From positions 930,001 to 962,000 of the forward strand of contig CAWJMG010000003.1 of assembly GCA_963843975.1 (NCBI GenBank): a DNA stretch of 32,000 nt, in the 5' to 3' direction. Origin of the DNA: an uncultured Actinomycetes bacterium. Its GTDB lineage: Bacteria; Actinomycetota; Actinomycetes; S36-B12; CAIYMF01. The notes under the pieces were generated by a model. That model made no database searches. It had not been told where the DNA came from and saw only the letters and a program-made list of their open reading frames with translations. The position numbers and the translations under genes were made by a program. This document shows positions 1 to 11,496 of this stretch, in pieces. The stretch's first letter is position 1. Each line of letters opens with the position of its first letter.

Positions 1-1212
<1,212 letters not shown>

Positions 1213-1240
1213 GCGTGCAGTCTCTCAGTGGTCGGGTGAG

Positions 1241-2050
1241 TCAGCCACGTGTGTTCTTGACGGCGGGGTGCGCGCCCGCGGCCACGAGGTCGTGCACCGC
1301 GGTGCGCGGGTCGCCGCCGGTGACGAGGCTCTCCCCCACCAGCACGGCGTCGGCACCCGCGTGCGCGTAGGCGATGAGGTCGTGCGGGCCGCGGACGCCC
1401 GACTCGGCGATCCGCACGCACGAGGTCGGGATGCTCGGGGCGACGCGGGCGAAGGTCTCGCGGTCGACCTCGAGGGTCTTGAGGTTGCGGACGTTGACGC
1501 CGATGACGGTCGCACCGGCGTCGACGGCGCGCGCGACCTCCTCCTCGTCGTGCACCTCGACGAGCGGCGTGAGCCCGAGCGAGCGCGCCCGCTCGATGAG
1601 CGACACCAGCGCCTCCTGCTCGAGGGCCGCGACGATCAGCAGCGCGAGGTCGGCGCCGTACGCGCGGGCCTCCCACAGCTGGTAGCTCGAGACGATGAAG
1701 TCCTTGCGCAGCACAGGGATGTCGACGGCGGAACGGACCGCCGCGAGGTCGTCGAGCGAGCCGTCGAAGCGGCGCTGCTCGGTGAGCACGCTGATGATGT
1801 GCGCGCCGCCGGCCTCGTAGTCGCGCGCGAGGGCGGCGGGGTCGGTGATCGCGGCGAGCGCACCCTTGCTGGGGCTGGAGCGCTTGACCTCGGCGATCAC
1901 GGCGACGCCGTCCTGGCGCAGGACGGCCTCGGCGTCGAGCGCCGCGCGGCGACCGGCCGCCATCCGCTTGAGCTCGTCGAGGCTCGTGCGCTCCTGCCGC
2001 GCGGCGAGGTCCTCGCGCACGCCGGCCAGGATGTCGTCGAGCACTGTCAT
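1241..2050 (-). CDS. trpC: Indole-3-glycerol-phosphate synthase
   Basis: A 269-aa ORF containing [12 protein letters not shown]...IISVLTE...RKDFIV, typical of TrpC, directly upstream of trpB. Confidence 0.95.
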   Translation of the reverse strand: MTVLDDILAGVREDLAARQERTSLDELKRMAAGRRAALDAEAVLRQDGVAVIAEVKRSSPSKGALAAITDPAALARDYEAGGAHIISVLTEQRRFDGSLDDLAAVRSAVDIPVLRKDFIVSSYQLWEARAYGADLALLIVAALEQEALVSLIERARSLGLTPLVEVHDEEEVARAVDAGATVIGVNVRNLKTLEVDRETFARVAPSIPTSCVRIAESGVRGPHDLIAYAHAGADAVLVGESLVTGGDPRTAVHDLVAAGAHPAVKNTRG

Positions 2051-2099
2051 GCGGTGAGGCTATCCGCCCCTGGGCCGTGGCCCTACCGCCGGGTACGCC

Positions 2100-2549
2100 T
2101 CAGGCGACCGCTGCTGATCCCAGCCAGGCCAAGGCGGGGAGTGCGTCGACGTTGCGGACCACGGTGAAGGCCGTGAGGACGCCGACGAGAGACCAGAGCA
2201 CGGCCGGGCGCATCAGCAGGTCGGACGCCGCCTGCAGGGGGTGGGGGGTCTTGCCGTCGGGGTCACCGGTCCATGCGCGGCGCAGCCACGCGAACCACAG
2301 CAGGACGACGGGGAGCGCCAGCGCCACGACCATGAGGTTGTGGTCGGCGGCACCGAGGAGGTCGCCGCGGGCGAGCGCGTGGGTGGCGCGCAGGCCGCCG
2401 CAGAAGGGGCAGTCGAGGCCGGTGAGCGCCTTGGTCGGGCAGAGCAGGTAGTGGCCCGGCTCGTTCGGGTCGACGAGCCCGACGTACGCGAACCCGACCA
2501 GCGCAGCGGCCCCCACGAGCAGCGGGGTGCGGGCGGCGGCAGGGATCAC
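2100..2549 (-). CDS. DUF2752 domain membrane protein
   Basis: The tail of ORF 2100..4424 reads VIPAAART...CPTKALTGLDCPFCGGLRAT..., a CPxCG motif followed by TM helices. The GTG at 2549 overlaps the kinase stop as GTGA. Confidence 0.7.
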   Translation of the reverse strand: MIPAAARTPLLVGAAALVGFAYVGLVDPNEPGHYLLCPTKALTGLDCPFCGGLRATHALARGDLLGAADHNLMVVALALPVVLLWFAWLRRAWTGDPDGKTPHPLQAASDLLMRPAVLWSLVGVLTAFTVVRNVDALPALAWLGSAAVA

Positions 2550-3946
2550 GGCACCAGGGTAGGCACGGACGCCGGCAGCACGACGCCGATCCGCGCACCG
2601 CCCTCCGGCGCGGCGCCGGCGTACGCCCGACCACCGAGCCGCTCGGCGAGGCGTCCGACGAGCGCGAGGCCGATGCCGGTGCCGACCTTCCGGACGCCGC
2701 GGTAGCGCTCGTAGAGCGCGGCCGGCTCGAACGCGACGGCGACGTCCTCGGCGGTCAGACCCGGGCCTCCGTCGCGCACCTCGAGCAGCGCCGCACCCTG
2801 CTCCGCACGCAGTGCGAGCACGAGGGGGCGACCCTCGGGGGTGACGCGCAGGGCGTTCTCGCAGAGGTTGTCGACGATCTGCCGGACGCGCAGCGCGTCG
2901 GTGCGCGCGACCAGCGAGTCGACGATCTCGGCGCGGAAGAGGACGCCGACCTTCTCGCAGCGCGCGCCCCACACGGCCGCGGCGTCGCGCGCCACTGCTG
3001 CGAGGTCGGTCTCGACCAGCGACATGCGCAGGTCGGCGGCGCCGAGCCTCGCGAGGTCGAGCAGGTCGGCCACCAGCCGCTCGAGCCGCTGGGCCTCGGT
3101 GAGCATCAACGTGCCCGTGGCCGGCACCTGGTCGGCTCCGACGACGCCGTCGGCGAGGGCTTCGGCGTACCCGGTGATGCCGGTGAGCGGCGTGCGGAGC
3201 TCGTGGCTCACGGTGAGCAGGAAGTCGCGCTGGCGGCCTTCGCTCGTCGCGAGCGCGGCCGACAGGCGGTTGAGCGACTCCGAGACGCTGGCGACCTCCT
3301 CCGGGCCGTCGACGGGGAGGGCGACGTCGCGGGCGCCCGCGGACATCCGCTCGGCCGCGTCGGCCGCACGTCTCAGGGGCCGCACCAGGCGGCGGGCGGC
3401 GAGGAACCCGACGGCGATCGCGACGAGCAGGCCCACCAGGGCCGCGAGCAGAAGTCGGCGCAGCGCGATCGTTCCCTGCGACGCCGCGGAGGCGGAGTCC
3501 TGCACCAGGAACACCGAACGGCCCGAGGACGTGGACCGGCCCTCGACCAGCACCGTTCCGCCCGATCCCGTCGGCCGTACGTCGCTCACGGATCCCCCTG
3601 CCCGGGTGACGGCGAGGTCGGCCTCGGTGAGGGGCGGCGACGCAGCGCCGCGCGGCCGCACGATGTCGACGGCGATGCCCTGGGCCGCCAGCACCTGGCG
3701 CAGCCGGGCGCCGTTCATCATCTGGCCCATGACGCCGTCGTCCTGGCGGTCGATCACCTCCGCGAGCAGGTCGGCCTGGGTGCCGAGCTGCTGGCGGGCC
3801 TGGGTCTGCGCCGCGGACGTGATGAGCGGGTACGACACCAGGCCCGCGACGAGCACCGCGACGACGGCGACGAGCGCCGAGACCAGCGCGAGCTGCGCGC
3901 CGAGCGACGTGCGCTGGGCGCGGGCGGGCGCGGAGGTGGTGCTCAC
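2546..3946 (-). CDS. Sensor histidine kinase (two TM segments, HAMP, HisKA, HATPase_c)
   Basis: Contains the H-box [19 protein letters not shown], an N-box-like [11 protein letters not shown], and G-boxes DGGPGL and GTGIGLALV. The GTG at 3946 overlaps the regulator stop as GTGA. Length from 3946 to 2546 is 1401 nt, in frame. Confidence 0.85.
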   Translation of the reverse strand: MSTTSAPARAQRTSLGAQLALVSALVAVVAVLVAGLVSYPLITSAAQTQARQQLGTQADLLAEVIDRQDDGVMGQMMNGARLRQVLAAQGIAVDIVRPRGAASPPLTEADLAVTRAGGSVSDVRPTGSGGTVLVEGRSTSSGRSVFLVQDSASAASQGTIALRRLLLAALVGLLVAIAVGFLAARRLVRPLRRAADAAERMSAGARDVALPVDGPEEVASVSESLNRLSAALATSEGRQRDFLLTVSHELRTPLTGITGYAEALADGVVGADQVPATGTLMLTEAQRLERLVADLLDLARLGAADLRMSLVETDLAAVARDAAAVWGARCEKVGVLFRAEIVDSLVARTDALRVRQIVDNLCENALRVTPEGRPLVLALRAEQGAALLEVRDGGPGLTAEDVAVAFEPAALYERYRGVRKVGTGIGLALVGRLAERLGGRAYAGAAPEGGARIGVVLPASVPTLVP

Positions 3947-4621
3947 GGTGCCTCGGCGCTGTAGCCGACGCCGCGCACGGTACGGATCGGGCTCGCGTCG
4001 CCGAGCTTGGCGCGGACCTGCGCGACGTGGACGTCGACCGTGCGGGTGCCGACGACGGCGGCGTACCCCCACACCTCGCTGAGCAGCTGCTCGCGCGAGA
4101 GCACGCGGCCCGGGCTGCGCATGAGGTGGACGAGCAGGTCGTACTCCGTGGCCGTGCAGCTCGACCTCGGCGCCGTCCACCCGCACCTTGTGCGCGTCGC
4201 GGTCGACCTCGACGCGACCGAGGGCGAGGCGCGGCATCGCAGTGGGGACGCCGCTGCGGCGCACCGCGGCCTTGACGCGGGCCACGACCTCGCGGGGTGA
4301 GAACGGCTTGGTGATGTAGTCGTCGGCGCCGAGCTCGAGCCCAAGGACGCGGTCGATCTCGTCGTCGCGCGCGGTGCAGAAGAGCACGGGGACCCAGTCG
4401 CCGTCCGCCCGCAGCTGCCGGCACACCTCGGTGCCGTCCATCTCCGGCAGTCCGACGTCGAGCACGATGGCGACGGGATGCAGGGAGCGGGCGGATGCGA
4501 GGCCGCCTCGGCCGTCGCGCTCGACGTGGACGCCGAAGCCCTCACGGGACAGGTAGAGGCGCAGGAGGTCGGCGATGGACGCCTCGTCCTCCACCACGAG
4601 CACGAGCCCCTGCGCTGCCAC
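3943..4621 (-). pseudogene. OmpR/PhoB-family response regulator interrupted by one extra base near 4156 (true pseudogene or sequence error)
   Basis: The receiver domain (VLVVEDE...DVGLPEMDG...ITKPF) is in the frame starting at 4621. The winged-helix domain ([31 protein letters not shown]...TVRGVGYS) is in the frame ending at 3943. Total length is 679 nt, which is 3n+1. Deleting one base after GAG CTG gives ...[16 protein letters not shown]... Confidence 0.8.
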
Positions 4622-4695
4622 CTGTCCAGGGTGTCAGAGCAGGGGCCCGCGACAGGTCAACGCAGTGTTCGAGTCTCGTCAGGACTCGCGGTGGG

Positions 4696-4917
4696 TCAGT
4701 GGTCGGCGGGGGCGGTGCCCTGGCCGTAGCCCATCATCGACATCACCTTGCCGACGACACCGCCGACGATGAACAGGCCGATGCCGCCGACCCAGAACAG
4801 CACCCAGTTGGCGGCGAGGACGCCGATCGCGCCGATGACGAAGGCGATCATGCAGATCGTGACGGCGGTCCACGCCGCGGGCGTGTTGCCGTGGCTGTTG
4901 AACGTGCGCTCGCTCAT
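4696..4917 (-). CDS. HGxxPAAW family small membrane protein
   Basis: A 73-aa protein, MSERTFNSHGNTPAAWTAV... followed by two TM helices. Its ATG at 4917 overlaps the upstream stop. Confidence 0.7.
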   Translation of the reverse strand: MSERTFNSHGNTPAAWTAVTICMIAFVIGAIGVLAANWVLFWVGGIGLFIVGGVVGKVMSMMGYGQGTAPADH

Positions 4918-5660
4918 GGGGTGTCCTCCGGTGCGTCGGTCGCGGCCATCATGCCAGCCGCGGGGCCGTCGAGGTCGGACCGGGTCGGGTCCGGCGTGGG
5001 GCCGTCGCCAGAGTCGAGGGTCGGGTCGAGGGTCGGGTCGACGCCCTGGTCGAGCTGGTCCCAGGCCGAGGCCGCCGCAGCCCCGGCCGAGACGCCCGTG
5101 GCGCCCGTGGCAGCGGCAGCCGCGTCGGTCTCCGGTGACCGCTCGTAGCGGCGTCCCATCACGGGCCAGCGGCTGCCCCGGAAGGCCGCGGCCAGACCGG
5201 CCACCACGAGCAGCGCGCCGCCCACCACGACCACGAGCCACCACGGCGTGATGCTCAGAGCGGGGTCGACGTCGATGCCCGCCTTCTCGGACACGAGCCG
5301 GACGACGTCGGCCCGGTTGCCGGCGCCGAGGCCGAACCAGAGCGCGCCGCCCGCGGCGAGCAGGCCTTCGCCCACGAGCAGGACGCCCGTGACCGCACGG
5401 CCGAAGCGTCGGGTGGCCACCAGTCCCGCGATGCCCGCGAGCGCGAGGATGGCTGCGGCCGAGCCGGCCGGCTGGATCTCGCGGCCCTTCAGCTCGAAGG
5501 TGAGCGACGGCAGGCCCTCCTGCCTCACCACCGCCGTCGCCCACACCTGCGAGAAGCCGAGGAACAGCAGCGCCGCGCCGATCGCGAGCAGGATCAGGGC
5601 CGTGCGGTAGCCGCGGCGGTCCGGCTCGGACTCCGTGACGTCAGTGCTCTGGTCGCTCAT
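4914..5660 (-). CDS. Trp biosynthesis-associated membrane protein
   Basis: A 248-aa polytopic membrane protein immediately downstream of trpE with an ATGA overlap at 5657-5660. This is the conserved actinobacterial position for that family. Confidence 0.7.
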   Translation of the reverse strand: MSDQSTDVTESEPDRRGYRTALILLAIGAALLFLGFSQVWATAVVRQEGLPSLTFELKGREIQPAGSAAAILALAGIAGLVATRRFGRAVTGVLLVGEGLLAAGGALWFGLGAGNRADVVRLVSEKAGIDVDPALSITPWWLVVVVGGALLVVAGLAAAFRGSRWPVMGRRYERSPETDAAAAATGATGVSAGAAAASAWDQLDQGVDPTLDPTLDSGDGPTPDPTRSDLDGPAAGMMAATDAPEDTP

Positions 5661-7237
5661 GCGGATCCGGCCGGGCGCATCGTGGCGGCCATCGCCACCG
5701 CGCGCAGCACCGCCGCGGCCTTGTTGCCGCACTCCTCGTGCTCGGTCGCCGGCACCGAGTCGGCCACCAGCCCTGCGCCCGCCTGCACGTACGCGGTGCC
5801 GTCCTTGATCACGGCCGTGCGGATCGCGATGGCGGTGTCGAGGTCGCCTGCGAAGTCCAGGTAGCCGACGCAGCCGGCGTAGACGCCGCGGCGCACCGGC
5901 TCGAGCTCGTCGATGATCTCCATCGCGCGCGGCTTCGGCGCGCCCGACAGCGTGCCGGCGGGGAACGTCGCCGCCAGCACGTCGTACGCCGTGCGGCCCT
6001 CGGCGAGCGTGCCGACCACGGTCGACACGATGTGCATGATGTGGCTGTAGCGCTCGATCTTCATGAACTCGACGACCTCGACCGATCCGGGCGCGCACAC
6101 GCGGCCGAGGTCGTTGCGGCCGAGGTCGACCAGCATGAGGTGCTCGGCGCGCTCCTTCTCGTCGGCGAGGAGCTCGTCGGCCAGCGCGTTGTCGGCCTCC
6201 GGCGTCGCGCCGCGCGGCCGCGAGCCCGCGATCGGGTGCAGCAGCGCGCGGCCGTCCTCGACCTTCACGAGCGCCTCCGGCGAGGAGCCCACGACGTCGA
6301 ACGCGACCTCGTCGGAGAGCGAGCCGTCCTCCGTCACGACGGGCACGCGCAGCAGGTACATGTACGGGCTCGGGTTCGTGACGCGCAGGACGCGGTAGAC
6401 GTCGAGCGAGGACGCCGGGCTCGGCGAGCTGAACCGCTGCGACAGCACGATCTGGAACGCGTCGCCTGCGCGGATGTACTCCTTGCACGCCTCGACGCCG
6501 GCCATGTACGTCTCGGGGGTCGTGCGCGAGGTGACGTCGGCGACCGCCGCCACGTCGTACGTCACCGCGGTGGCGGCCGAGTGGGTCGCGAGGTCGGACT
6601 GCATCGCGTCGAGCCGGCGTACGGCGTCGGCCCATGCGTCGTCGACGCGCTCGTCGGTGGCGTCGTAGTTGATGGCGTTGGCGATGAGCAGCACCGAGCC
6701 GTCGTGGTGGTCGAGCACCGCGAGGTCGGTGGCGAGCAGCATCGCGAGCTCGGGCACGCCGATCTCGTCGGGGTTGGAGTCGGGCAGCCGCTCCCAGCGA
6801 CGGACGACGTCGTACGACAGGTAGCCGACCATGCCGCCGGTGAGCGGCGGGAGGCCGGGCAGCCGCTCGGTGTGCAGTGCCGCGATGGTGTCGCGCAGGG
6901 CCTCGACCGGGTTGCCACCGGTCGGCAGGCCGACGGGTGCGTTGCCCAGCCACACGGCCTCGCCGTCGACCTCGGTGAGCATCGCGGCGCAGCGCACGCC
7001 CACGAACGAGTAGCGCGACCACGAGCGGCCGTGCTCGGCGGACTCGAGCAGGAACGTGCCCGCCCGCTCCCCCGTGAGCTTGCGGTAGAGGCCGGTCGGG
7101 GTCTCGCCGTCGGCGAGCAGGCGGCGCACCACCGGGATCACACGGCGGTCGCGCGCGAGGGCGCGGAAGGTCTCGAGGTCGGGCGCCGCGGAGCCCGCGA
7201 AGCCGGTCGGGTACGGCGTGGACGCGGTCGTCGTCAT
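5657..7237 (-). CDS. trpE: Anthranilate synthase component I
   Basis: A 526-aa protein containing LLESAE...SPYMY...GSSPE...[10 protein letters not shown]...[18 protein letters not shown]...[15 protein letters not shown]...RGVYAG. Confidence 0.95.
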   Translation of the reverse strand: MTTTASTPYPTGFAGSAAPDLETFRALARDRRVIPVVRRLLADGETPTGLYRKLTGERAGTFLLESAEHGRSWSRYSFVGVRCAAMLTEVDGEAVWLGNAPVGLPTGGNPVEALRDTIAALHTERLPGLPPLTGGMVGYLSYDVVRRWERLPDSNPDEIGVPELAMLLATDLAVLDHHDGSVLLIANAINYDATDERVDDAWADAVRRLDAMQSDLATHSAATAVTYDVAAVADVTSRTTPETYMAGVEACKEYIRAGDAFQIVLSQRFSSPSPASSLDVYRVLRVTNPSPYMYLLRVPVVTEDGSLSDEVAFDVVGSSPEALVKVEDGRALLHPIAGSRPRGATPEADNALADELLADEKERAEHLMLVDLGRNDLGRVCAPGSVEVVEFMKIERYSHIMHIVSTVVGTLAEGRTAYDVLAATFPAGTLSGAPKPRAMEIIDELEPVRRGVYAGCVGYLDFAGDLDTAIAIRTAVIKDGTAYVQAGAGLVADSVPATEHEECGNKAAAVLRAVAMAATMRPAGSA

Positions 7238-7608
7238 GCGGAGGCCCCCACGAGCAGGTCGGCGTCGAAGCAGGTGCGGTCGCCGGTGTGGCACGCGGCG
7301 CCGACCTGGTCGACCTTCACGAGCACGGTGTCGCCGTCGCAGTCGAGCCGCACCTCGCGCACGTGCTGCACGTGCCCCGAGGTGTCGCCCTTGACCCAGA
7401 GCGACTGCCGCGACCGCGACCAGTACGTGGCCCGGCCGCTCGTCAGGGTGAGGCGCAGCGCCTCGGCGTCCATCCACGCGACCATGAGGACCTCGCCGGT
7501 GTCCCACTGCTGGGCGACGGCGGTCACGAGGCCGCGGTCGTCGAAGCTCACGCGGGCGATCGCGGCGTCGGTGTCGTCGAGCACGGCGTCGGCGGGGTCG
7601 TGGGTCAC
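7234..7608 (-). CDS. hisI: Phosphoribosyl-AMP cyclohydrolase
   Basis: Contains [26 protein letters not shown]...[24 protein letters not shown]...[17 protein letters not shown]. The GTG at 7608 is the chosen start; the longer ORF to 7878 has a Gly/Pro-rich, implausible N-terminus. The stop overlaps the trpE ATG. Confidence 0.85.
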   Translation of the reverse strand: MTHDPADAVLDDTDAAIARVSFDDRGLVTAVAQQWDTGEVLMVAWMDAEALRLTLTSGRATYWSRSRQSLWVKGDTSGHVQHVREVRLDCDGDTVLVKVDQVGAACHTGDRTCFDADLLVGASA

Positions 7609-7744
7609 GACGCCATTGTGCCGTGGCACGGACGGCGTACTGCCCTGGGTTAACGCGCTCGGCGTGCGAGGATCTCGCCGACGGCCGAGGGGCGGCCGGG
7701 GCGGCGCACCGATCCCGGTGCGCTCGGTGGTGGAGGGGGCTCCC

Positions 7745-8503
7745 ATGTCGGACGCGCAGGGTGACGCGCAGAACCCGTTCGCGCCGCCGGACTCCGCCCC
7801 CGGAGCACCTGTTCCGCCCGCTGCACCGTCCCCCGTCGGACCGTCCCCGTCGTTCCCGCCGCCGACGGGCGACCCCATAGGCGGCCCCGGCTGGGCCGCG
7901 AGCTCCCCTGCCGCCTACGGGTACTCGCCGTACGCCGTGCCCTCGACACCGCCGAAGCCCCGGCGGCGGGGCGTCGCGTGGGCGATCGGCGGCGGGATCG
8001 CCGCCGGCGTCCTGCTGCTCAGCGCGGTGGGCTACAGCGCCTACACGATGCTGGACGACGCGATCACCGAGGCGAGCAAGCGCAGCACCGAGCCGCACTC
8101 CAGCGGCGACCAGGTGTGGGTCAGCGAGCTGAAGCAGGGCGACTGCTACATCCTGGACGAGGGCGACCGGCGTGACCTCACCGCCGGCGAGGTCACGATC
8201 ATCGACTGCCAGTTCGCCCACGACGGCGAGGTTTACGGCGTCGGCACGCTCGACTTCACGAAGTACCCGGGCGCACGGGCGGTCAGCGACGCGGCCGAGA
8301 AGCTCTGCGCCGACCACGAGACGGTGCTCGACCCCGCGGTGTACGACGCGGACGGCCTCACCGGCTCGTGGTACTCGCCGCTCGAGGAGGACTGGGCCGT
8401 GGGCCCGCACTCGGTGGAGTGCGTGGTGGAGGCCGACGACGCGCTCGGCCTGCGGCGTTCGTGGATCGCGCGCGGCGCGAGCGCGTCGCCGGAGAAGGTG
8501 TAA
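7745..8503 (+). CDS. Pro-rich, membrane-anchored protein with a Cys-containing septum-formation-like C-terminal domain
   Basis: The ATG at 7745 is followed by a Pro-rich N-terminus, one TM segment ([19 protein letters not shown]), then GDCY...[15 protein letters not shown]...LCADH...VECVV. Confidence 0.5.
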   Translation: MSDAQGDAQNPFAPPDSAPGAPVPPAAPSPVGPSPSFPPPTGDPIGGPGWAASSPAAYGYSPYAVPSTPPKPRRRGVAWAIGGGIAAGVLLLSAVGYSAYTMLDDAITEASKRSTEPHSSGDQVWVSELKQGDCYILDEGDRRDLTAGEVTIIDCQFAHDGEVYGVGTLDFTKYPGARAVSDAAEKLCADHETVLDPAVYDADGLTGSWYSPLEEDWAVGPHSVECVVEADDALGLRRSWIARGASASPEKV

Positions 8504-8507
8504 GCGG

Positions 8508-9305
8508 CTAGCTGCGGCGCAGCCAGCGACCGCCCTCGCCGATGGTGAGGAGCAGGAGCACTGTCAGCGTGACGCCGATGCCGATCCACGTGCCGAAGCC
8601 GTAGCTCGTCGTGGCGCCCGAGGAGGCGCCTCCCACGATCTGCCAGAGCGAGGCCACGAGGCTGAGGGCAGACAGGACGACGAGCGTCCACGCACCCCAG
8701 CGGCGGCCCTGCACGGTGGCGATGCCGACCACGAGGTAGAGGGCGCCCATGGCCGCGAGCACCAGCGCGCCGATGAGGACTCCGGCGAGGAGGGCCGAGG
8801 CCATGTCATCGAGCCCCTGGACCTGCGGGCCGGCCGCGGCGACCGCCTCGTCGATCTGGGCCTTGGCACCGAAGTAGCCGAGCAGCGCGACGCCCGCCAT
8901 CAGCGCGACGATCGACCCGGTGATGATCGAGATGACGCCGGCGGCCAGCACGTTGCCGGGCCGCACGTCGACGGGGGCTGCCGCCGCGCGGCTGTGCGCG
9001 CGGGCGGCCATGGAGGCGGTGGGGTCCCACACGGCGGGGGCGTCGTCGTACCCGGCGGCGAGGCCGCCGTGCACGGGGACGGCGCCGTAGCCCGGGGCCG
9101 CGAGCGGGCCGGTGGGGCGCACCTCGTCGACTGGGAGGCCGAACTGGTTCACCGCGGGCGCCGCGGGCGGGGGTGCGAACTGCTGCTGAGCGGGGGCTGC
9201 GGGTGCAGCCGGCGCCGTGGTCATGCCGAAACGGTCTGTCGTCGCCCCGGCCTGCGGCGTCGGCCGCGGACCCGTGGCGAAGAAGTCGTACTCCGGTGCT
9301 GCCAT
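8508..9305 (-). CDS. Hypothetical polytopic membrane protein with a Pro/Ala-rich N-terminus
   Basis: The ATG at 9305 (MAAPEYDFF...) is followed by about four predicted TM helices in the C-terminal half. I recognised no family. Confidence 0.5.
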   Translation of the reverse strand: MAAPEYDFFATGPRPTPQAGATTDRFGMTTAPAAPAAPAQQQFAPPPAAPAVNQFGLPVDEVRPTGPLAAPGYGAVPVHGGLAAGYDDAPAVWDPTASMAARAHSRAAAAPVDVRPGNVLAAGVISIITGSIVALMAGVALLGYFGAKAQIDEAVAAAGPQVQGLDDMASALLAGVLIGALVLAAMGALYLVVGIATVQGRRWGAWTLVVLSALSLVASLWQIVGGASSGATTSYGFGTWIGIGVTLTVLLLLTIGEGGRWLRRS

Positions 9306-9462
9306 GACGTGCGTCCTCCCCTGGGCAGGATGTGGCTCCCGCTCCACAGTGGAGGTCGGCACCCCGGGCCCGGCCCTTGAGCCGGGCGGGGGCCGTCCGG
9401 GTGGCGCATAGGGTGGGCGGTCCGGGCTGCGCAGACGTGCGGCCCCTCGAGGAGGAGCGTCC

Positions 9463-10104
9463 GTGGCCCCGAGCAACGCCGTCGCCCGCGCCGAGCGGGC
9501 CGCCCTCGCCGGCCTCATGCTCGAGGTGGGCCCGGACGCACCGACGCTCTGCGGCACCTGGACCACCCGCGACCTCGCCGCCCACCTCGTGCTGCGCGAG
9601 CGGCGTCCCGAGGCCGCCGGCCTGGTCATCCCCGCGCTCAAGGGCCGGATGGGCCGCGTGCAGGACGGCATCGCGGAGCGTCCGTACGCCGACGTCGTGG
9701 CCGAGGTGCGCCAGGGCCCGCCGTTCTGGAACCCGATGGGCTTCGGACCGGTAGACGCACAGGCCAACACGGTCGAGTTCTTCGTCCACCACGAGGATGT
9801 ACGGCGCGGTGCGGAGCCTTGGGAGCCGCGGGCGCTCGACGCTGCCACGACCGCTGCGCTGTGGAAGGTCGTGCCGACGACCCTGAAGGCGATCGCGCAG
9901 CGCTCCCCCGTCGGCATCGACGTCGCTCCGTCCGACGGGCCTGCCGCGGGCACGACCATGACGCTCAAGGGCGGCACGCCCAAGGTGACGCTCGTCGGAC
10001 CGGTCGGGGAGATCCTGCTGGCGGTGTACGGCCGCGTCACCTCGGGCCTCGAGGTCGTGGGCGACTCCGCGGTGGCGGACGCGTTCCGATCGTTCCCGCG
10101 CTGA
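9463..10104 (+). CDS. TIGR03085-like / mycothiol-maleylpyruvate-isomerase N-terminal-domain protein
   Basis: A GTG start is preceded by GGAGGAG at 9451-9457. The sequence ERAALAGLMLEVGPDAPTLCGTWTTRDLAAHLVLRE is typical of the DinB/MDMPI-like N-terminal domain. Confidence 0.65.
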   Translation: MAPSNAVARAERAALAGLMLEVGPDAPTLCGTWTTRDLAAHLVLRERRPEAAGLVIPALKGRMGRVQDGIAERPYADVVAEVRQGPPFWNPMGFGPVDAQANTVEFFVHHEDVRRGAEPWEPRALDAATTAALWKVVPTTLKAIAQRSPVGIDVAPSDGPAAGTTMTLKGGTPKVTLVGPVGEILLAVYGRVTSGLEVVGDSAVADAFRSFPR

Positions 10105-10120
10105 ACCGGGGGATTGCTCG

Positions 10121-10891
10121 CTAGCGGACGGGGTGGCCAGCCGTTGCGATCGCGGCCTTGACCTCGCCGATGGTGAGGTCGCCGAAGTGGAAGACGCTCG
10201 CGGCCAGCACCGCATCGGCCCCGGCCTCGACGGCGGGCACGAAGTCCTCGACCTTGCCGGCGCCGCCGCTCGCGATGACGGGGACGGAGACGACCGCCCG
10301 GACGGCGCGCAGCAGCGGCAGGTCGTAGCCGTCCTTGGTGCCGTCGGCGTCCATCGAGTTGAGCAGGATCTCACCGGCACCGAGCTCTGCCGCCTGCACC
10401 GCCCACCCGACGGCGTCGACGCCGGTGGATCGGCGTCCGCCGTGGGTGGTGACCTCCCAGCCGGACTCGGTGGTGACACCCTCGGGGCCGCGGCGGGCGT
10501 CGACCGACAGCACGATGCACTGGGCACCGAACCGCTCGGCCGCCTCGCGCAGAAGCTCGGGCCGGGCGAGGGCTGCGGTGTTGACGCCGACCTTGTCGGC
10601 GCCCGCGCGCAGGAGGCGGTCGACGTCGTCGACGGTGCGCACTCCCCCGCCGACGGTCAGCGGGATGAAGACCTGCTCGGCCGTGCGCCGCACGACGTCG
10701 TACGTCGTGGCGCGGTCGCCGCTGCTCGCGGTGATGTCCAGGAAGACCAGCTCGTCGGCGCCCTGCGCGTCGTAGGCGCGGGCGAGCTCGACCGGGTCGC
10801 CGGCGTCGCGGAGGTCGACGAAGTTGACGCCCTTGACGACGCGTCCGGCGTCGACGTCGAGGCAGGGGATGACACGGACGGCAACGGGCAC
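10121..10891 (-). CDS. hisF: Imidazole glycerol phosphate synthase, cyclase subunit
   Basis: Contains [19 protein letters not shown]...[11 protein letters not shown]...PLTVGGGVR...GADKV..NTAA...[25 protein letters not shown]. The GTG at 10891 was chosen, giving 256 aa. Confidence 0.93.
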   Translation of the reverse strand: MPVAVRVIPCLDVDAGRVVKGVNFVDLRDAGDPVELARAYDAQGADELVFLDITASSGDRATTYDVVRRTAEQVFIPLTVGGGVRTVDDVDRLLRAGADKVGVNTAALARPELLREAAERFGAQCIVLSVDARRGPEGVTTESGWEVTTHGGRRSTGVDAVGWAVQAAELGAGEILLNSMDADGTKDGYDLPLLRAVRAVVSVPVIASGGAGKVEDFVPAVEAGADAVLAASVFHFGDLTIGEVKAAIATAGHPVR

Positions 10892-10955
10892 GTCGCACAG
10901 CCTAGGCGGGCGGTCTCGACAGGCCTCCACGGGTTCTCTGGCTTACGGTCGACCC

Positions 10956-11366
10956 ATGACCGAGCACCCCGGCGGAGAGCAGTCCCTCGCCGAGACGGAG
11001 CGTCTCGCGGCCAGCACCTATCTCGCGCTCACGACGTACAAGAAGGACGGCACCGCTGTCGTCACGCCCGTGTGGGCGTCGACGGACGGCACACGTCTGT
11101 ACGTGTGGACCCAGGCGGACGCCGGCAAGGTGAAGCGGGTGCGCAACCGCGGACACGTGCAGGTGGCGCCGTGCGACGCCCGCGGAGCCCTGCAGGGTGC
11201 GCCGGTCGATGCGAGCGCCCGAGTAGCCGACTCGCCCCAGGACCTCGCCAAGGTGACGGCCTTGCACAAGGCGAAGTACGGCGTGCAGTTCAGCCTCTTC
11301 AGCCTCGCCGGCAAGGTCTTCCGCCGCGGCCGCCCCTACGCCGCCCTCGAGATCACCGTCGTCTGA
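10956..11366 (+). CDS. PPOX-class (pyridoxamine 5'-phosphate oxidase-like), probably F420-dependent, small oxidoreductase
   Basis: A 136-aa protein. The sequence YLALTTYKKDGTAVVTPVW...LYVWTQADAGKVKRVRN..HVQVAPCDARG matches the PPOX-class split-barrel pattern. Confidence 0.65.
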   Translation: MTEHPGGEQSLAETERLAASTYLALTTYKKDGTAVVTPVWASTDGTRLYVWTQADAGKVKRVRNRGHVQVAPCDARGALQGAPVDASARVADSPQDLAKVTALHKAKYGVQFSLFSLAGKVFRRGRPYAALEITVV

Positions 11367-11409
11367 CCCAGCCCCTGCGGCGACGGGCAAGCACTCCGCG
11401 GACGAAGTC

Positions 11410-11459
11410 GATTCGGTAGTGGTAAGGCGCGCTCTGCGCCGCCTTTCCACTACCGAATC
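11410..11459. terminator. Long hairpin between convergent genes (candidate bidirectional terminator)
   Basis: GATTCGGTAGTGG (11410-11422) pairs with CCACTACCGAATC (11447-11459). AAGGCG/CGCCTT pairs further inside after one mismatch. It lies between the stops at 11366 (+) and 11497 (-). Confidence 0.6.
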
Positions 11460-11496
11460 CCAGCCCGGGACCGTTTCGGCCGCCGTGGTAGCCGAG

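Noticed and set aside
4155-4165. Programmed +1 ribosomal frameshifting at GTCGAGCTGCA as the explanation for the hisB and regulator frame changes
   Set aside because: There is no slippery or hungry-codon context: tRNA-Leu on CUG cannot re-pair on UGC. There is no stimulatory stop codon, and hisB is not known to be recoded. A sequence artefact or a real indel is more parsimonious. It remains noted as a remote alternative.
2546-4621. A 691-aa ORF that looks like a fused response-regulator and histidine-kinase hybrid
   Set aside because: The middle 100 aa are Arg/Pro-rich nonsense. The real winged-helix domain is in another frame and the kinase has its own GTG at 3946 coupled to that frame's stop. 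The fusion is a by-product of the 1-nt frameshift.
4655-4690. A T-loop-like GTTCGAGTC sequence that might indicate a tRNA
   Set aside because: The flanking bases do not form a T-stem (cagtg does not pair with ctcgt), and no acceptor, D or anticodon arms can be drawn.
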